Assembly (NCBI RefSeq): GCF_009914755.1
Contig: NC_060944.1
Strand: one strand, 5' to 3'
Length of the DNA: 64,000 nucleotides
From: the human T2T-CHM13v2.0 reference genome, Homo sapiens
The notes beneath the pieces are model-generated. The model was not told the origin of the DNA, searched no databases, and saw only the letters and a list, made by a program, of their open reading frames with translations. The position numbers were made by a program, and so were the translations under genes. Of this stretch, positions 1-12,464 are shown one piece after another. How positions within the stretch are numbered: the first letter of the stretch is position 1; each line of letters opens with the position of its first letter.

Positions 1-1949
1 TGTCTTTTCCTAATTATATATGTCAAGTCTGAGAATTTTTTTTTCTCCATGTGACCAAAAAAGAATTAGGACTTTATCTAGGTTTTTGGAAATTTCAACA
101 AGGTATCAGTTTGTATTAAAATAAAATGCAAAAAGTGAAAGGTATTTCAATAGAAACCAAAGAGGAATATAATCCTTTTAATTTTGAAATTTATCTTCCC
201 AGAGATGTGAATGATGGATGGTCTATTCTATCACCTTCTACTTTTTGTGTCTCTGGTCAAACCTGCTACAATAAGGCAAAGCTAACATCTGCAACAATTA
301 ACCAGAACTTCGTCCACAGTGCATTCCTTTAGGAATCACCTAGATCCTCACTGCATTTGCTTCTCCACTGTTTCAGGAGAAACTCAGTCATAAAGCGAAT
401 GCAGAGGTGAGGGCTCCTTGTCGAAGGCCTCAGCCACCCACATTCACAGTAAATGGAATTACCTTCTTCATGGGCCCACTTCAAGACTCCTGTGTTTTTC
501 ACAATAGTTCGTATTTCAAGTATTCTGTCCTGTTATCAGGCATTGTATCAAATCATGCATCCTGTTTTTTGATCATAAAAATATCTGGCCTGGAAAATAT
601 CTGGTCAGATTGGGTTTCCCAGTCTGGAACTTTTTCACACACGGCTTCTACATGAACCAACCAAAATAAAATCTCAAATCAATGTTGGCTTTCTTTCATC
701 TGTACAGATACTCCTTCTTTTAAAAATAATTTGAGATTGGTAGTTACTTAAATGTTTTCTGTTTAACTCTCTGAATGTCATTAAAATTGGAATTTGTGAA
801 TTAACATAAAATAGCAAAGTCGTAGATTTTCATCAATTATAATGCTTCCCTGGTCTATATTCACTTTGTGTGATCAAGCTAAAATGTCTCAGGTACACAT
901 TTGAACTGATCCACATAGAAGAGTGACATTTGAATGTTTGTTACTGATCTCTCTCCATCTGCTATTAGCTGCTATTGATGTTAAGTGATACCAGTTTGCT
1001 CAACTGAAAGGCAGATTTGGGATTAAAGCATAAACAGGTCACAGTTATAAGAGAAAAGAAATGTTGCGCACCAGAGTTAATTGATTGTTTCTCCCTCTTG
1101 GGCAGCTTCTGAAATGTATGCAAATGACTAGAGCCACAGATGAAAGAAAGAAGTGAAAGAGAGAAAGAAAGAGTCACACACACAGGTTTTATGGGTCTGT
1201 GCTACTCCCTGAAAGTATATGTGATGCCTTTGAAAGGGTATTCAGAGATGAATCATGAGAATGGGAGTAGAATTACTTGTGTGTGTAACTGACACAAATG
1301 TGGAAAACAATTCCTTTCTCTTCCTTGTGTTGGCTTCAGACTGCAATCCCCATTTCCCAACATAAAAAAATAGCTAGATCTTGAAATGCCAATTTAATTG
1401 TAAGTCAAGATGGATCACCAGGAAGCCTCAGCTAGGCAGGACTTGCCCAAAGTGAGGTGGGGATAGCGTTGGAGCAGAGTAGCAGAAAGAAATTGTGCAG
1501 AGAAAGCAGGGTTGGTAAGGTGTATCACAAAGGAGAGTTGACTCTAGGTTGCAGCACTGCAGTAAATTATGAGGAAGAGGATGGGTGCTGTCACTCACAG
1601 CTAAGTCAGTTAGGAAAGTCATGAAAGAGAAAAAATGCACCACTATGGTGGTGCTTGGGGTAACTCCCATTATTCAGTGAAGCGAGTTGGAGCAGAAACT
1701 TAGGAGGCCACTGAGGTTTCAGAGTGTAAGTGACTGCAGAAGGATAATTTTCACCCAAAACATCAGCATGGAAAAGTGTAACCACTATTGAAGAGGTTGA
1801 GAAACTTATTTTATAACAAAACCATGTCTATAACTAAATGTGTCTGTGCCCTTTTAAGTTGCTTGGGGATGGAACCTGCTGACTAGGAATTATACCCCAA
1901 TTCACTGTGGAGCAGGGGTCCCAAAGAGTAGCAACAAAAGATCAGGTGA

Positions 1950-2247
<298 letters not shown>

Positions 2248-2332
2248 GGTCATGTGGGTCTCTAAGCCAGAGATGCACCTGACCTCCTCCTCTGCCAGAC
2301 ACACTCCTATTCACCTTTCAAGATCCAAGTCC

Positions 2333-3262
2333 AATATCACCTTACACCTGTTTGGATGGCTATTATCAAACAATGAAAGAGATATTAAATGTTGGCAACA
2401 GTGTGGGGAAAGGGAACCCTTGTACACTGTTGGTCAGACTGTAAATTGGTGCAGCCATTCTTAAAAACAGTATGGAGTTCCCTAAAGACATTAAAAATAG
2501 ATCTACCCTATGGCCTAAATATCTATCTTCTGGGTACATGCCCGAAGGAAATGAAATCATCACCTTTAAAGATATATGCACTTCTCTGTTTACTGCAGCA
2601 CTATTCACAATAATCAAGATATGGAAACAACCTAAGTGTCCCTTGACAGACAAATGAATGAGGAAACTGTGGTGTGGCCAGGATGGTCTTGATCTCTGGA
2701 TCTCATGATCCACCCGCCTTGGCCTCCCAAATTGCTGGGTTTACAGGCGTGAGCCACTGTGCCTGGCCAGGAATATTATTTAATCTTTAAAAAGAAAGAG
2801 ATCCTGCCATTTGCCACAACGTGGATGAAACCGGAGGACATTATTCTAAGTGAAATAAGTCAGACACAGAAAAAAAAATTTGCATTATCTCAGTTACATA
2901 TGGAAGCTAAAAAAAAGTCAAATATACAGAGATAGAAAATAAAACAGTGGTTATCTGGACCAGGGGTGGGGTGGGAATAAAGAGATGTAGGTCCAAGGAA
3001 CAAAGCAGCAGCTATACAGAATGAACAAGTCTAGAGCTAAGGCACAATAAGGGGACTACACTGATGATATTGTACTGTCCTCAGGATTTTTCCCAAATTG
3101 GTAGATTTTAGCTGCTCTTGCCACACACAAAAAGAGGGTAACTACCTAAGATGATGGATATGTTCATTTGTTTCACTACAGTAACTATTTTACTACCTCT
3201 ATATATCCCATAACATCATGTTGTGTACCTTAAATACACATAATCAAAATTATTTTTAAAAA
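2333..3262 (+). mobile_element. L1MA-family LINE-1 3' fragment (end of ORF2 plus 3'UTR)
   Basis: ORF2 C-terminal motifs in the ORF track ([15 protein letters not shown]; [19 protein letters not shown]); L1MA-type 3'UTR and A-rich end. Confidence 0.9.
2676..2768 (-). mobile_element. Alu 5' fragment (~93 nt, AluSc/Y-like) inside the L1MA
   Basis: Reverse complement of the first ~95 nt of Alu (ggccaggatggtcttgatctc...gagccactgtgcctggcc). Confidence 0.9.
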
Positions 3263-6200
3263 CGAGACAGAGAAAGAAACACTCAACTCCACATGCCCCA
3301 CCCCCTGTGAAAGTTTATTTCTTTCCTCACACCCAATTCTTCCTCTATAGCATTTTGTTCATACTTCCTCTGTATGATATTTACTGCTATAGGACACTTA
3401 ATAGATTAAAAAGCTGATCATCCCATATGACTGAGTTCTTGATGAGTTCTTGAGTGCTTCAGGATTTGATCTTAGCCATATTTGTATCCTCAGCATTTGG
3501 TACAAGGTTTTCAGGTAAAACTAGATAACGTAACTGGTTATTGGCTAATGGACAGGTGGATACATGCATGGATGTTGGGAGGGTCTTGCTCTCGAATTAG
3601 TCCTTTATGCTGGAGTGGTTATGAAGAAATAACCAGGGGCAGAAAGCCAGACATTTTTCATTATGGCAATGGCGCACACTTTTGTCCTGTAATTTAGTTT
3701 GAAGACAATGTCCATACACCAACCTGTGTTCCCGAATAAATGCCTAAGACTTCTTGGGGTGGGTAGGGGACCAATCTAATTGAGGATGTCATTCCATTAT
3801 TGGCCCTGGGACACATGTCCACCCTGCTACTCTTGGAGAAAGTTAGTTTGTAGGAGGCATTTGCTGGCTGGAGCTGCGGTCAGTCAGCAGTGAATCATTC
3901 AGGTGCCCTGCAGCCGTTTCCTAAGAGACCACACGCTGAGTACCTGCTGAATCATGAGCTTCCGTTGAGTAACAATAGCCACTCTGACAAGCTGGAGGGA
4001 GGGTTTTGCTGGAGCAGATACTTGGCACACACCTGAGCTGCCCAATCTGAAATTAAGGGAAGAAAAAGGGAAATGTGCAGCTTGACTCACCGATAATCTA
4101 TCGTGATGGGAGTTGCTCCCAAGGCAATGGTGTGTTTTCAGGTCAGAAGAAGCCAGGCAAACTTTTTACTTCATTCATTTTTAATAGGTATTTTCCTACC
4201 CTCCTTTATGTTGCTATGCCATCATATGAAACTAACTCCCTTTTAGTTCTCACTACATAGGCACTAACGGCCTACTTAGTCATGGAAAGAAAATGCAGCC
4301 CCACATCTTCTAAAGGAGGGGATACTTTATAACTTTCTACCTTAAAGTGGATGCTAAAGGCCAATGTGTGACCAAGAACAAATCATGAGGTGGTTCCAAT
4401 GAGACTCAAGGAAAACGTTCAGAATGCAGACGAAATAAACTTGGAGTTTGGAATGGATAAAACTTCTTGACTGAAGTTTAAATATAAACCCAGATTTCTA
4501 ATCACCCTTTATTCTCCACCTAAATACCCATAATAATCTTCTATGATGCTTGATATCATTAAAGCTCCAAGACCCTGCACGGTATTAGAGTAAGAAACAG
4601 CAAAGATTCTCTGGGCCTTTTATTATAGTTCTACCAATTAAATGATGCTTAAGCCCTCATATGAAACTCCACATTTCTGTATCATAATATATACAAGAGA
4701 TCATTTTGGTAAGAGGTATTTAAAAGGCTGGAGTGACCCGTTGGCCAACCAAAGGGATAAGAAATGTGGAAGAGTGGAATACAACTTTGATTGTTAGTAG
4801 CAATGCACTGGGTCAGAGTGACTAGGCTGGGACTAACTTCAGTTAGGAAAATATGACTAGTTAAAAACTATAAAAAACACTAGCTTTTAAAAATATATAC
4901 CTTTTTCCACCTGTCCCTGATGAGCTCTTTGCTTTTCATGTTGGGTCTTCCTTCTTCTCATTGAGTGAAATTGAATACCCTGCATGAAGCTCATGAGAAA
5001 TCCAGTTATCAGAAAACCCAGATATTAGGAGCTCATGAGAAACCCAGTTACCAGTGTTATCCAAAGCATAACCCTCTTGTTCTTCATCTCACTCTGTCCA
5101 TACCCCATTCTCTGCCTCTCTGCATGTGAATTCTGTTTAAAATGAAATGTAGTAGTGAATTGACTCCTAGAAGAGACAGGACCCTGATGGCCACCAGATC
5201 TGCCGCAACAATCTATTACAACCACAGCTGAAAGGCCAAACTGTTGATCAAATTGTGTAGTTGTTAATTCAATACCATACTAAATATATGTTATTCTTTC
5301 TACTAAATTGACTGATTTCATGGAATTTACCTTTTTTCCAATAAATTAAATAGACAGTGTTGTATATCATAAAACATATTAAGATATCACATATGTGGTA
5401 CCCTAAACTATTTATAGTCATAAAGTATTAAAGAACATGTTTTCCAAGAATATTTAATGCCATGGGGAAATGCTCACAATATAGTATGAGGGAACAAAGG
5501 AGAAAACAAAAACAAAATCTGCATACAACATGAACTTAAAATCTGTAAAAATATATGTGAGTATATTTATATATCAAAATGCTAACTGAGCTGTATTCTC
5601 AGTACTTGTATAAAGAGAAGAGAATAGAAAATAATGTTCTCTAATTTTAAAGAGACATAAAGAGAATTATAATAATCAATTTTCTGAAGTTCTGCTCATA
5701 AAGAGCCTACTAGTTCACTGCACGACAGTATCTAGTTATGAACATTTGACTTACTAAACTATAGAGAAATTCTGCCTATACTTTACATAAAAACTCATTC
5801 ATTTCAAACATCCAGGTGTAAGATGAGATCACCTGCACAAAAATACAAAAGTAAAATGAAAAGAATATTACTCACTTCAGAAAATTTAAAAATATGGTTT
5901 TTCCCTTAGTTTCATTTAGAGTGTGAAATTTCAGAAAGGATTTGTGAATAAGAAAGTGCTTGACTTATCAAGGAAGAAAAACACCAACATGAAACATTAA
6001 ACCTGTTAGACTGTTAGATATAAACCTGTTAGATGCATTTGGCATGTCAATTCTATAAAATCACACATACAGTCTATCTATAAAATAAATTATATCATTA
6101 TATTTTATAGTTAACATTTTTTTCTTGAGAATGCTCCAGTTTTTCAATGAATGAGAAGTAGGAATTATTTCCTTTTTAATAAATGCTCCAGGAGACTTAA

Positions 6201-8140
6201 CCTACATGACCCCATTTTTATGGAAGATGGTTTTATCTTCTCCTGCCACTGAGTCCTCGCATGACAATGCAGCCTTCCGCTTGGTGAATAAAATCTCATT
6301 CGAATGGCTGCACACTCTTGCTTACATTTTGAAACATGTTTGCATTAAAATGTATTTATGGCTGAAAACGTTCATGAGAAGTCCCCCTGACTTTTTACTC
6401 TCCCAGGGATTATTGATAGGGTTTCTGCATTGATTCTATCAAACTCATTACCTGAGCTTCCTGTGCCTTTACTTCCCCAAAAGCAAAGTGCTCATCCTAA
6501 TCTTCCTACCTCCCCAAGAGAACTGGGGGTAACATGGCAAGCAGCCTGCAATTTATGGAAACATCCTATACGGTGGCCCTGGTATTTTCAGATTTAACAT
6601 TTACAAGTGGCCATGCATTAATTGTTCATTTTGCAGAGGGACAAATTTGAATAGAACAAAGTAAGAGGCTGGTGTACAGAAGCAAACACCCAAACTACTG
6701 AATCAAGCCAGCCACGCACCAAGTGTCCTCACCTGCCTGGCTCATTTACAAACTCCCCAGAAGTGGAGTGCCGACCTCACGAGGCTAGACAAAGGAAACA
6801 GTGGTCTCTTAAAGAAGTGATCATTGAAAATGTTTTATTTTCATTGACTTCCACCTCCCTATCACAGAATTATTAAAGAAGTGATGGGAATCACCTTACA
6901 CTTTGAGTTATATGGTACTCAATTATAACCAATATTGGGGAACATTATTTGCTAGGGTGGTATTTTCAAATTTAGTGATGTTTGACCACCTTGGGACACA
7001 TTTCTATCAGATGTGAAGAGACTATGATAAATAACTTCATTATTGGGATAGAAAATAAATGCACCTTTTCTCCCTGAAAACTGCAATTCATGCAGAGTTC
7101 TAGCTTGAAGTAAATAACTTCATTTTACAATTACCTCTTTTGTGTTGGCTTCCAAGACTTCTGCCATTTTAGGCTGCTAATGTTTGCAAAATTCATGCAG
7201 TGGGATGCAATGGTGAGTCTGACCGCTGCTTGTCTTACCTGGATGTTGTGAATACCTGGATGCCCAACCCTTAAGGACAAGGCTTAAAGGACAAACCTGT
7301 AGCACAGCACCCACAAGGCAGTCAGGACAGGTGACTGGTTGTATTGCTAGAAGCTGGCACAGTCATTTTCCCATGTTTCTTACCAGTGAACTTCCCTGGC
7401 TCCAGGGCTCCCAGGTTCACCTCTGGAGGTCTGGGCTGGTCTTGGGAATATTTGGTCAGTGCACCTGTCCCTAATTTCTCTTCCATTTCTTGGCGAATGA
7501 AGGCAGAATAATACCATCCCGTCAAAAGGTAACTCTAGCGAATGGTCTTGTCTCCTGCTCTGCCCCACCCCTTTGACACCCCACCCCCATTTCTGGCCAA
7601 AGCCCAGCTGCAAGGAGGATGGAGCTCATAGCAAAAGAAGAAGAAAACTTCTGCCAGTTGGTAGAAAGCTCAGTCTAAACGGAACATTTTGCACCAAGCT
7701 GAGGTGGAGGACAATGCCTCCAGCTCTCACAGTAGGAACTCCATCCTGGTACTGGCAAAATAGCTCCTTGGTGTTGTGGGTGGGAACAGGCTGCACATCA
7801 ATGGTGGGACACTGCCCCTGGAGAGGAGGTACTGGCCTTGAAGTGTTGCCTCTCAGGCTCATACCCTGCTGGAAGAACAAACAAGGAGGGATGGTTGTTT
7901 GTGTGGACAAATATGGCCAAGTTGGAGGTCTGCCTGTGGGAGGAGCCCTGTCTCTTTTCATCCCTGGGTGAAGGTTGTGGGGGAAGGGGTGGGGATGGAA
8001 GACATGAAACTGAGGCTGAGAATGGGAGAGCAAGGAACAAGATTCTGATACTTATCAGAAAGGGTAAACATCTTTTTCAGGTTCCTATCCTGATTGCGGG
8101 CCACCTGTGTTGTTTTCCCATAGATTCAATTCCATCTCTT

Positions 8141-8242
8141 CATTCTTTCAACCAACATTCACTGGGTGCACCCAGGACGGTGCTAGGTACTGGGAGGAAA
8201 AATAACACAGCATGGTCTCTGCCTTCAGAGAGCTCACACTCT
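8141..8242 (-). mobile_element. L2 3' end fragment
   Basis: cattctttcaaccaacattcactgggtgc...gtgctaggtactggg...gagctcacactct resembles the antisense L2 terminus. Confidence 0.7.
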
Positions 8243-8379
8243 GCTTCCAGAGCTTAATAAACATCATCCACTCCACCTGCTTTTCTTTTCATGTGATGTA
8301 ATTCTCAAACCTTGGGTGAGCAGGTGCCAGTGGGCATTGCTCCCATGTGACACCAGTGAATCATATGCTGATGGTTTCT

Positions 8380-8540
8380 AAATCATAGGAAGCTTGGATT
8401 GGAAGAGAATGTAGAATTCAACCAGCACTCTTGCTTTCAAACATGAACACTGAAGCCTAGATGTAGCCAAAGCACACAGAAAGTTAAAGGGGTGGTAAAA
8501 TCACATCTCCCAGCTCCTGAGTCCCAATCCAGCTCTCCTG
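8380..8540 (-). mobile_element. MIR/MIR3 fragment, highly diverged
   Basis: aatcatagga...ggaagag...actgaagcctag...ctcctgagtcccaatccag resembles MIR3. Confidence 0.4.
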
Positions 8541-8664
8541 GTCCTGCACCTGGTGCATCCTGCCCTTGGGAGACTTTTTCCTTCCTGCCCAACTTGCTAT
8601 TCTGTGGTTGAGGGATTTTATCCAAATGTGAACACAGAGGAAGTATTCATTTAGATTTAAAAAA

Positions 8665-8702
8665 TTTTTTTTTATTATACTCTAAGTTCTATGGTACATG
8701 TG
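8665..8702 (-). mobile_element. L1PA extreme 3' stub (~38 nt)
   Basis: tttttttattatactctaagttctatggtacatgtg matches the antisense L1PA terminus ttattatactttaagttctagggtacatgtg. Confidence 0.75.
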
Positions 8703-9429
8703 TTGCGACTACTACCCATAAAATATTTTTGGAACACAGCCTTTTCCCCTTAAATAGCTCACTAGGTAGTGAATCACCTACACCAGTAGTAGCAGAATCT
8801 CCTTTAGGATGATGCCAAATGCAAAGTATGCCTTCAAGAGGAAGGTTTGTCTTGAAGCAGGCTTTTCTTCCTGAGACCAGAAAATCCCAAAATATGCTTC
8901 AAATTGCTTTCTGAATCATCTCTTTCTTTAAGCAGGTCCTATGGTTACATGGCAAGTTCTAATGGTGATTCTTCTAAATTATGAATTAGGGTCAAAAATG
9001 AAACCTGTAACTCTTCCTCTTTCTATTGCAATCCAGGGCTACTCATTTTTAAAAGAAACATTACAAAATCTGAGATTTCATTTAATCCGCCACACAAAGA
9101 AAAAAGATTTCATAAGCGACAAAATTAGAGTTGAAATTTTAAGTGATTTGATATAATTTCACTCATTTGATTCTGCAACAGTGGAATGACATTGGCCACA
9201 GAAGTGTTACAACCCCAATTTTAGGCATGCAGAATCTAAATTTTAAAATAAAGGAATATATTTAAAATCTTAGGTGACTCAGTCAACTCAGTCAATATCA
9301 CCCTGCAAGCTGGTGAAAATGCCTAAATTAGAACTTGATGCTCACTTCTCAGACCTTGCTGATAAGTTACGTTAAATTTACTACTATTGTCTTGTCATTC
9401 TTCTTTAAAGATTACTGCTGGACAAAGCT

Positions 9430-10780
9430 GATATATCATTAAAACAGTATGATATCAATATAAAAATATGTTAATGGGACAGAATAGAAATCCAGAAAGC
9501 TCAATATGTATAAAAGTTTGGTACTTGATAAAGGTAGCTTTCAAGACAACAGGAAAAGGAAAAAATAAATACTAATGAGCCAATTCTTTAAATCTTTATG
9601 GAAAAATCAAAATTACAGCCTCATATAATATCATACATGCACTCACATACTTTCAGATGAATTTTGATTTTTTAAAAGTTAAAAGATAAAGATTTTCACG
9701 TGGTAGAATTAGAACAAAATCAGAGAAATAGAGGAATAATTTTATTGTAGAAGAGTCTTATGTAAGCATAAGAGCAAAGAAAGATCTCACCAAATAAATA
9801 AGCACTATATATGATTACATAAAATATAACATTTCAAAATACATGCACACACACACATCACAATATACATGACAGAGAAAAGACTAATATCTTTACTATA
9901 TAAGGATATTTTATAAATAATAAAAAAGGTAAATACATCAATAGATCAATAGAAAACCTGGCAAAAGATATAAACAGGCAACTCACTGAAGAAGAGCTAG
10001 AAATAATAGATGGTAAAATGGATGGCAAATATATGAAATAATTTTAAAACCTTGTGATCAAATGAAAATTTCAATAATTCCAACACATTTATCATATGAT
10101 ATATATACACACAATATTCCACATTTATCTTATAAAACTGGCCAACATTTTTATTTTTAATGAATATGCCCAGCACTTAATAAAAATGTAGGAAAATGAA
10201 CATTCATGCCAGCTTATGGAAATATAAATTGGACTAACCATTCTAATCCACAATTTGACAATAAATATAAAAGCCTTAAAATTTATTCTGTATGAAGTAG
10301 GATATATGTTAGGATATCAGATTCTCCTAGGGATAATACCAAGGGTTTGAGGAGACGATATTCACTACAGCATCATATGTAACTGAAAAAAAAGGATAGG
10401 GCAATCTAAGTATCCAGCAGCCAAAATGTCCAAACCAATCATGAAATATGTGTACAGGATTGGAATAATATGAAGATGACACAAATCAAGCAGTAGACAA
10501 ACACACTGAACTATGGAAACAACTGACAGTGTATTTCTAAGAGAAAAATTATCAAAAAGTACATGCTGTCGTTCAATTAGCCAACACATTGAGTGCTGAA
10601 CTTAATTATACAAATAATAATAGCTTATGTGTATATGTAAAGAAAACACAGAACAGACATAAGGATAAAAACAAATATTACCTTTAAGTGTTGAATATTA
10701 TAATGAAGATGATGGAAATCATCCATCATCTCACTATTGTTTACTTTAATAAACATGTAAGACTTTGGAAATCAGAAAGT
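9430..10780 (+). mobile_element. Ancient L1ME-type LINE-1 (3' half of ORF2 to 3'UTR), heavily decayed
   Basis: A-rich, with colinear L1 landmarks: aaaacagtatg, gacagaatagaaatccagaaa, ggcaaaagatataaacaggcaactcactgaagaaga, caatctaagtatccagcag. Confidence 0.75.
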
Positions 10781-11679
10781 AATAAGGAAGTTAGAAGGTG
10801 TCATGCTTTACCACATCATACGTTTTAAAACATGCCATGCTCTTTCAACATGTCATGCTATATTGTCATGCTTTTCCCCATAAGTTATAATATGTCATGC
10901 TTTTTATTTTGCAAAATCCTTTCTCCTAAGAGTTTAATAATAATGATACAATGGGATGGCAAAATGGTTCCAGCTGCTTTTTTTTTTTCCTTTTCTTTTT
11001 TTAACCAATTGCCCCAGGCCAGTTTAAGAGCTTTGATACATGATCAGAGTTTCAGCCACAGCTTCCCGGCTGGTTCAGAAACAGCAGAAGGAAGAATTTA
11101 AAGTGCAAGTAGTGGCTTCAGAGTTTCTTGGCCTCTGAGTCTCCCAGTCACTCTGCACCCTCCAAATCAAGACTCTCCCAAGTTTCTCTGTCACATGGTG
11201 CATTTGAGAGAAATGTAGAAGTGGGACTCACTGAAACTGAGGCTGGATCCTGGAATCATGCCTTATGAGTTGCTTACAAGCTTTGTTCCCTCCTTTTTAG
11301 TGTTCTCACACCTTGTTAAAACATCAAGTGCAGGTTCTCAATACTGCAAGAGAAGAGCCATCTTCCCAAGCGATTCAACAGCAAAACATTTAGATTTCCT
11401 CCCACAAATAAATGTCTTGTTCTATTATGTGCCAGTATAGGAATTATGGGACATGATCATTCAGCACCAAATTTACCTTAGATATTACAGTGATGTGTAA
11501 GATATGGCTTTTGTTGACAAAGGATTTATTATTTATTGTGTCAACAGGTCTTCCCAATGCTCCCATGAAAAAAACTTCCCGTGACTTCCTTTCACCTCAA
11601 ATTACAGCTCCCTGGGTTTCTCCTCCAACACCACCCTTCTGCACTCACTATTTCTACTTTCTGAGCAGCTATTGTTCCA

Positions 11680-12150
11680 CAATTTGTCAGTTGGACTTCT
11701 GTACCATTCTCCATCAACAATCTACTGAAAGTGGTCTGGTAAAGGTTGACAGCAATCCAAGTTGTGAGGTCCATCAACTTCTCCATCATCCCACTGTCTG
11801 AAACACTCTCTCTGTCAATCACCTTCTACCTGCAGAAAACGTTCTGTTTCCTGACCAGTGACTTAGATTTGCACAGTGATCAAGCTTTCAATGCTTGTCT
11901 TTTCTTGTTCCTTGGTCTTTCTCATGTAGACTTACCAGTTCCCTTAACCTTCAACTATCTTCTCATATTCACGACTCCTAAATTTGTGTTTCCAGCTCAT
12001 CTCTCTCCTGGACTAATACAAATATGAAATAGCTTCCTGATCCTCATCAATTCTCTATTCTTATCCACACCCTCATTCCTTACCTATTGCTGAAGTCATC
12101 ACCATTACCCTCTAACTCATATTCCTATCTCTGGCCTTATGCCTATCCAT
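11680..12150 (+). mobile_element. L2 internal fragment
   Basis: tctactgaaagtggtctggtaaaggttgacagcaat, ctgaaacactctc and gactcctaaatttgtgtttccagc resemble L2 ORF2 landmarks; pyrimidine-rich. Confidence 0.6.
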
Positions 12151-12464
12151 CCCTTTCCTTTAAAATTATATTTCTATGTCAGATATGGTTAGCGCCTTTA
12201 AGGGTCCAAATGGAAACTTGGAGCATATAAGAAATAGAGTGCAGCTCTCCCTTCGCACTCTTGACTAAAATCTTCAGGAAAACTGTCATGATCTATATGA
12301 AAATCCACAATGCCTCTGAATATGAAGCATCCCTCCCCTGGAGTCATGCAATATCCAACCTTCATGGCCATATGCAGGGGTTCTGGTTCTGTTAGTAGGA
12401 TCCCACATCAGAATAACCAGGTTGACAGAACACATATATGCCATTTAATTATAATACTTTAGAT

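Noticed and set aside
10799-10901. CRISPR-like reading of the repeated 9-mer with unique spacers
   Set aside because: The repeat is too short, spacing is irregular, the DNA is primate and there are no cas genes.
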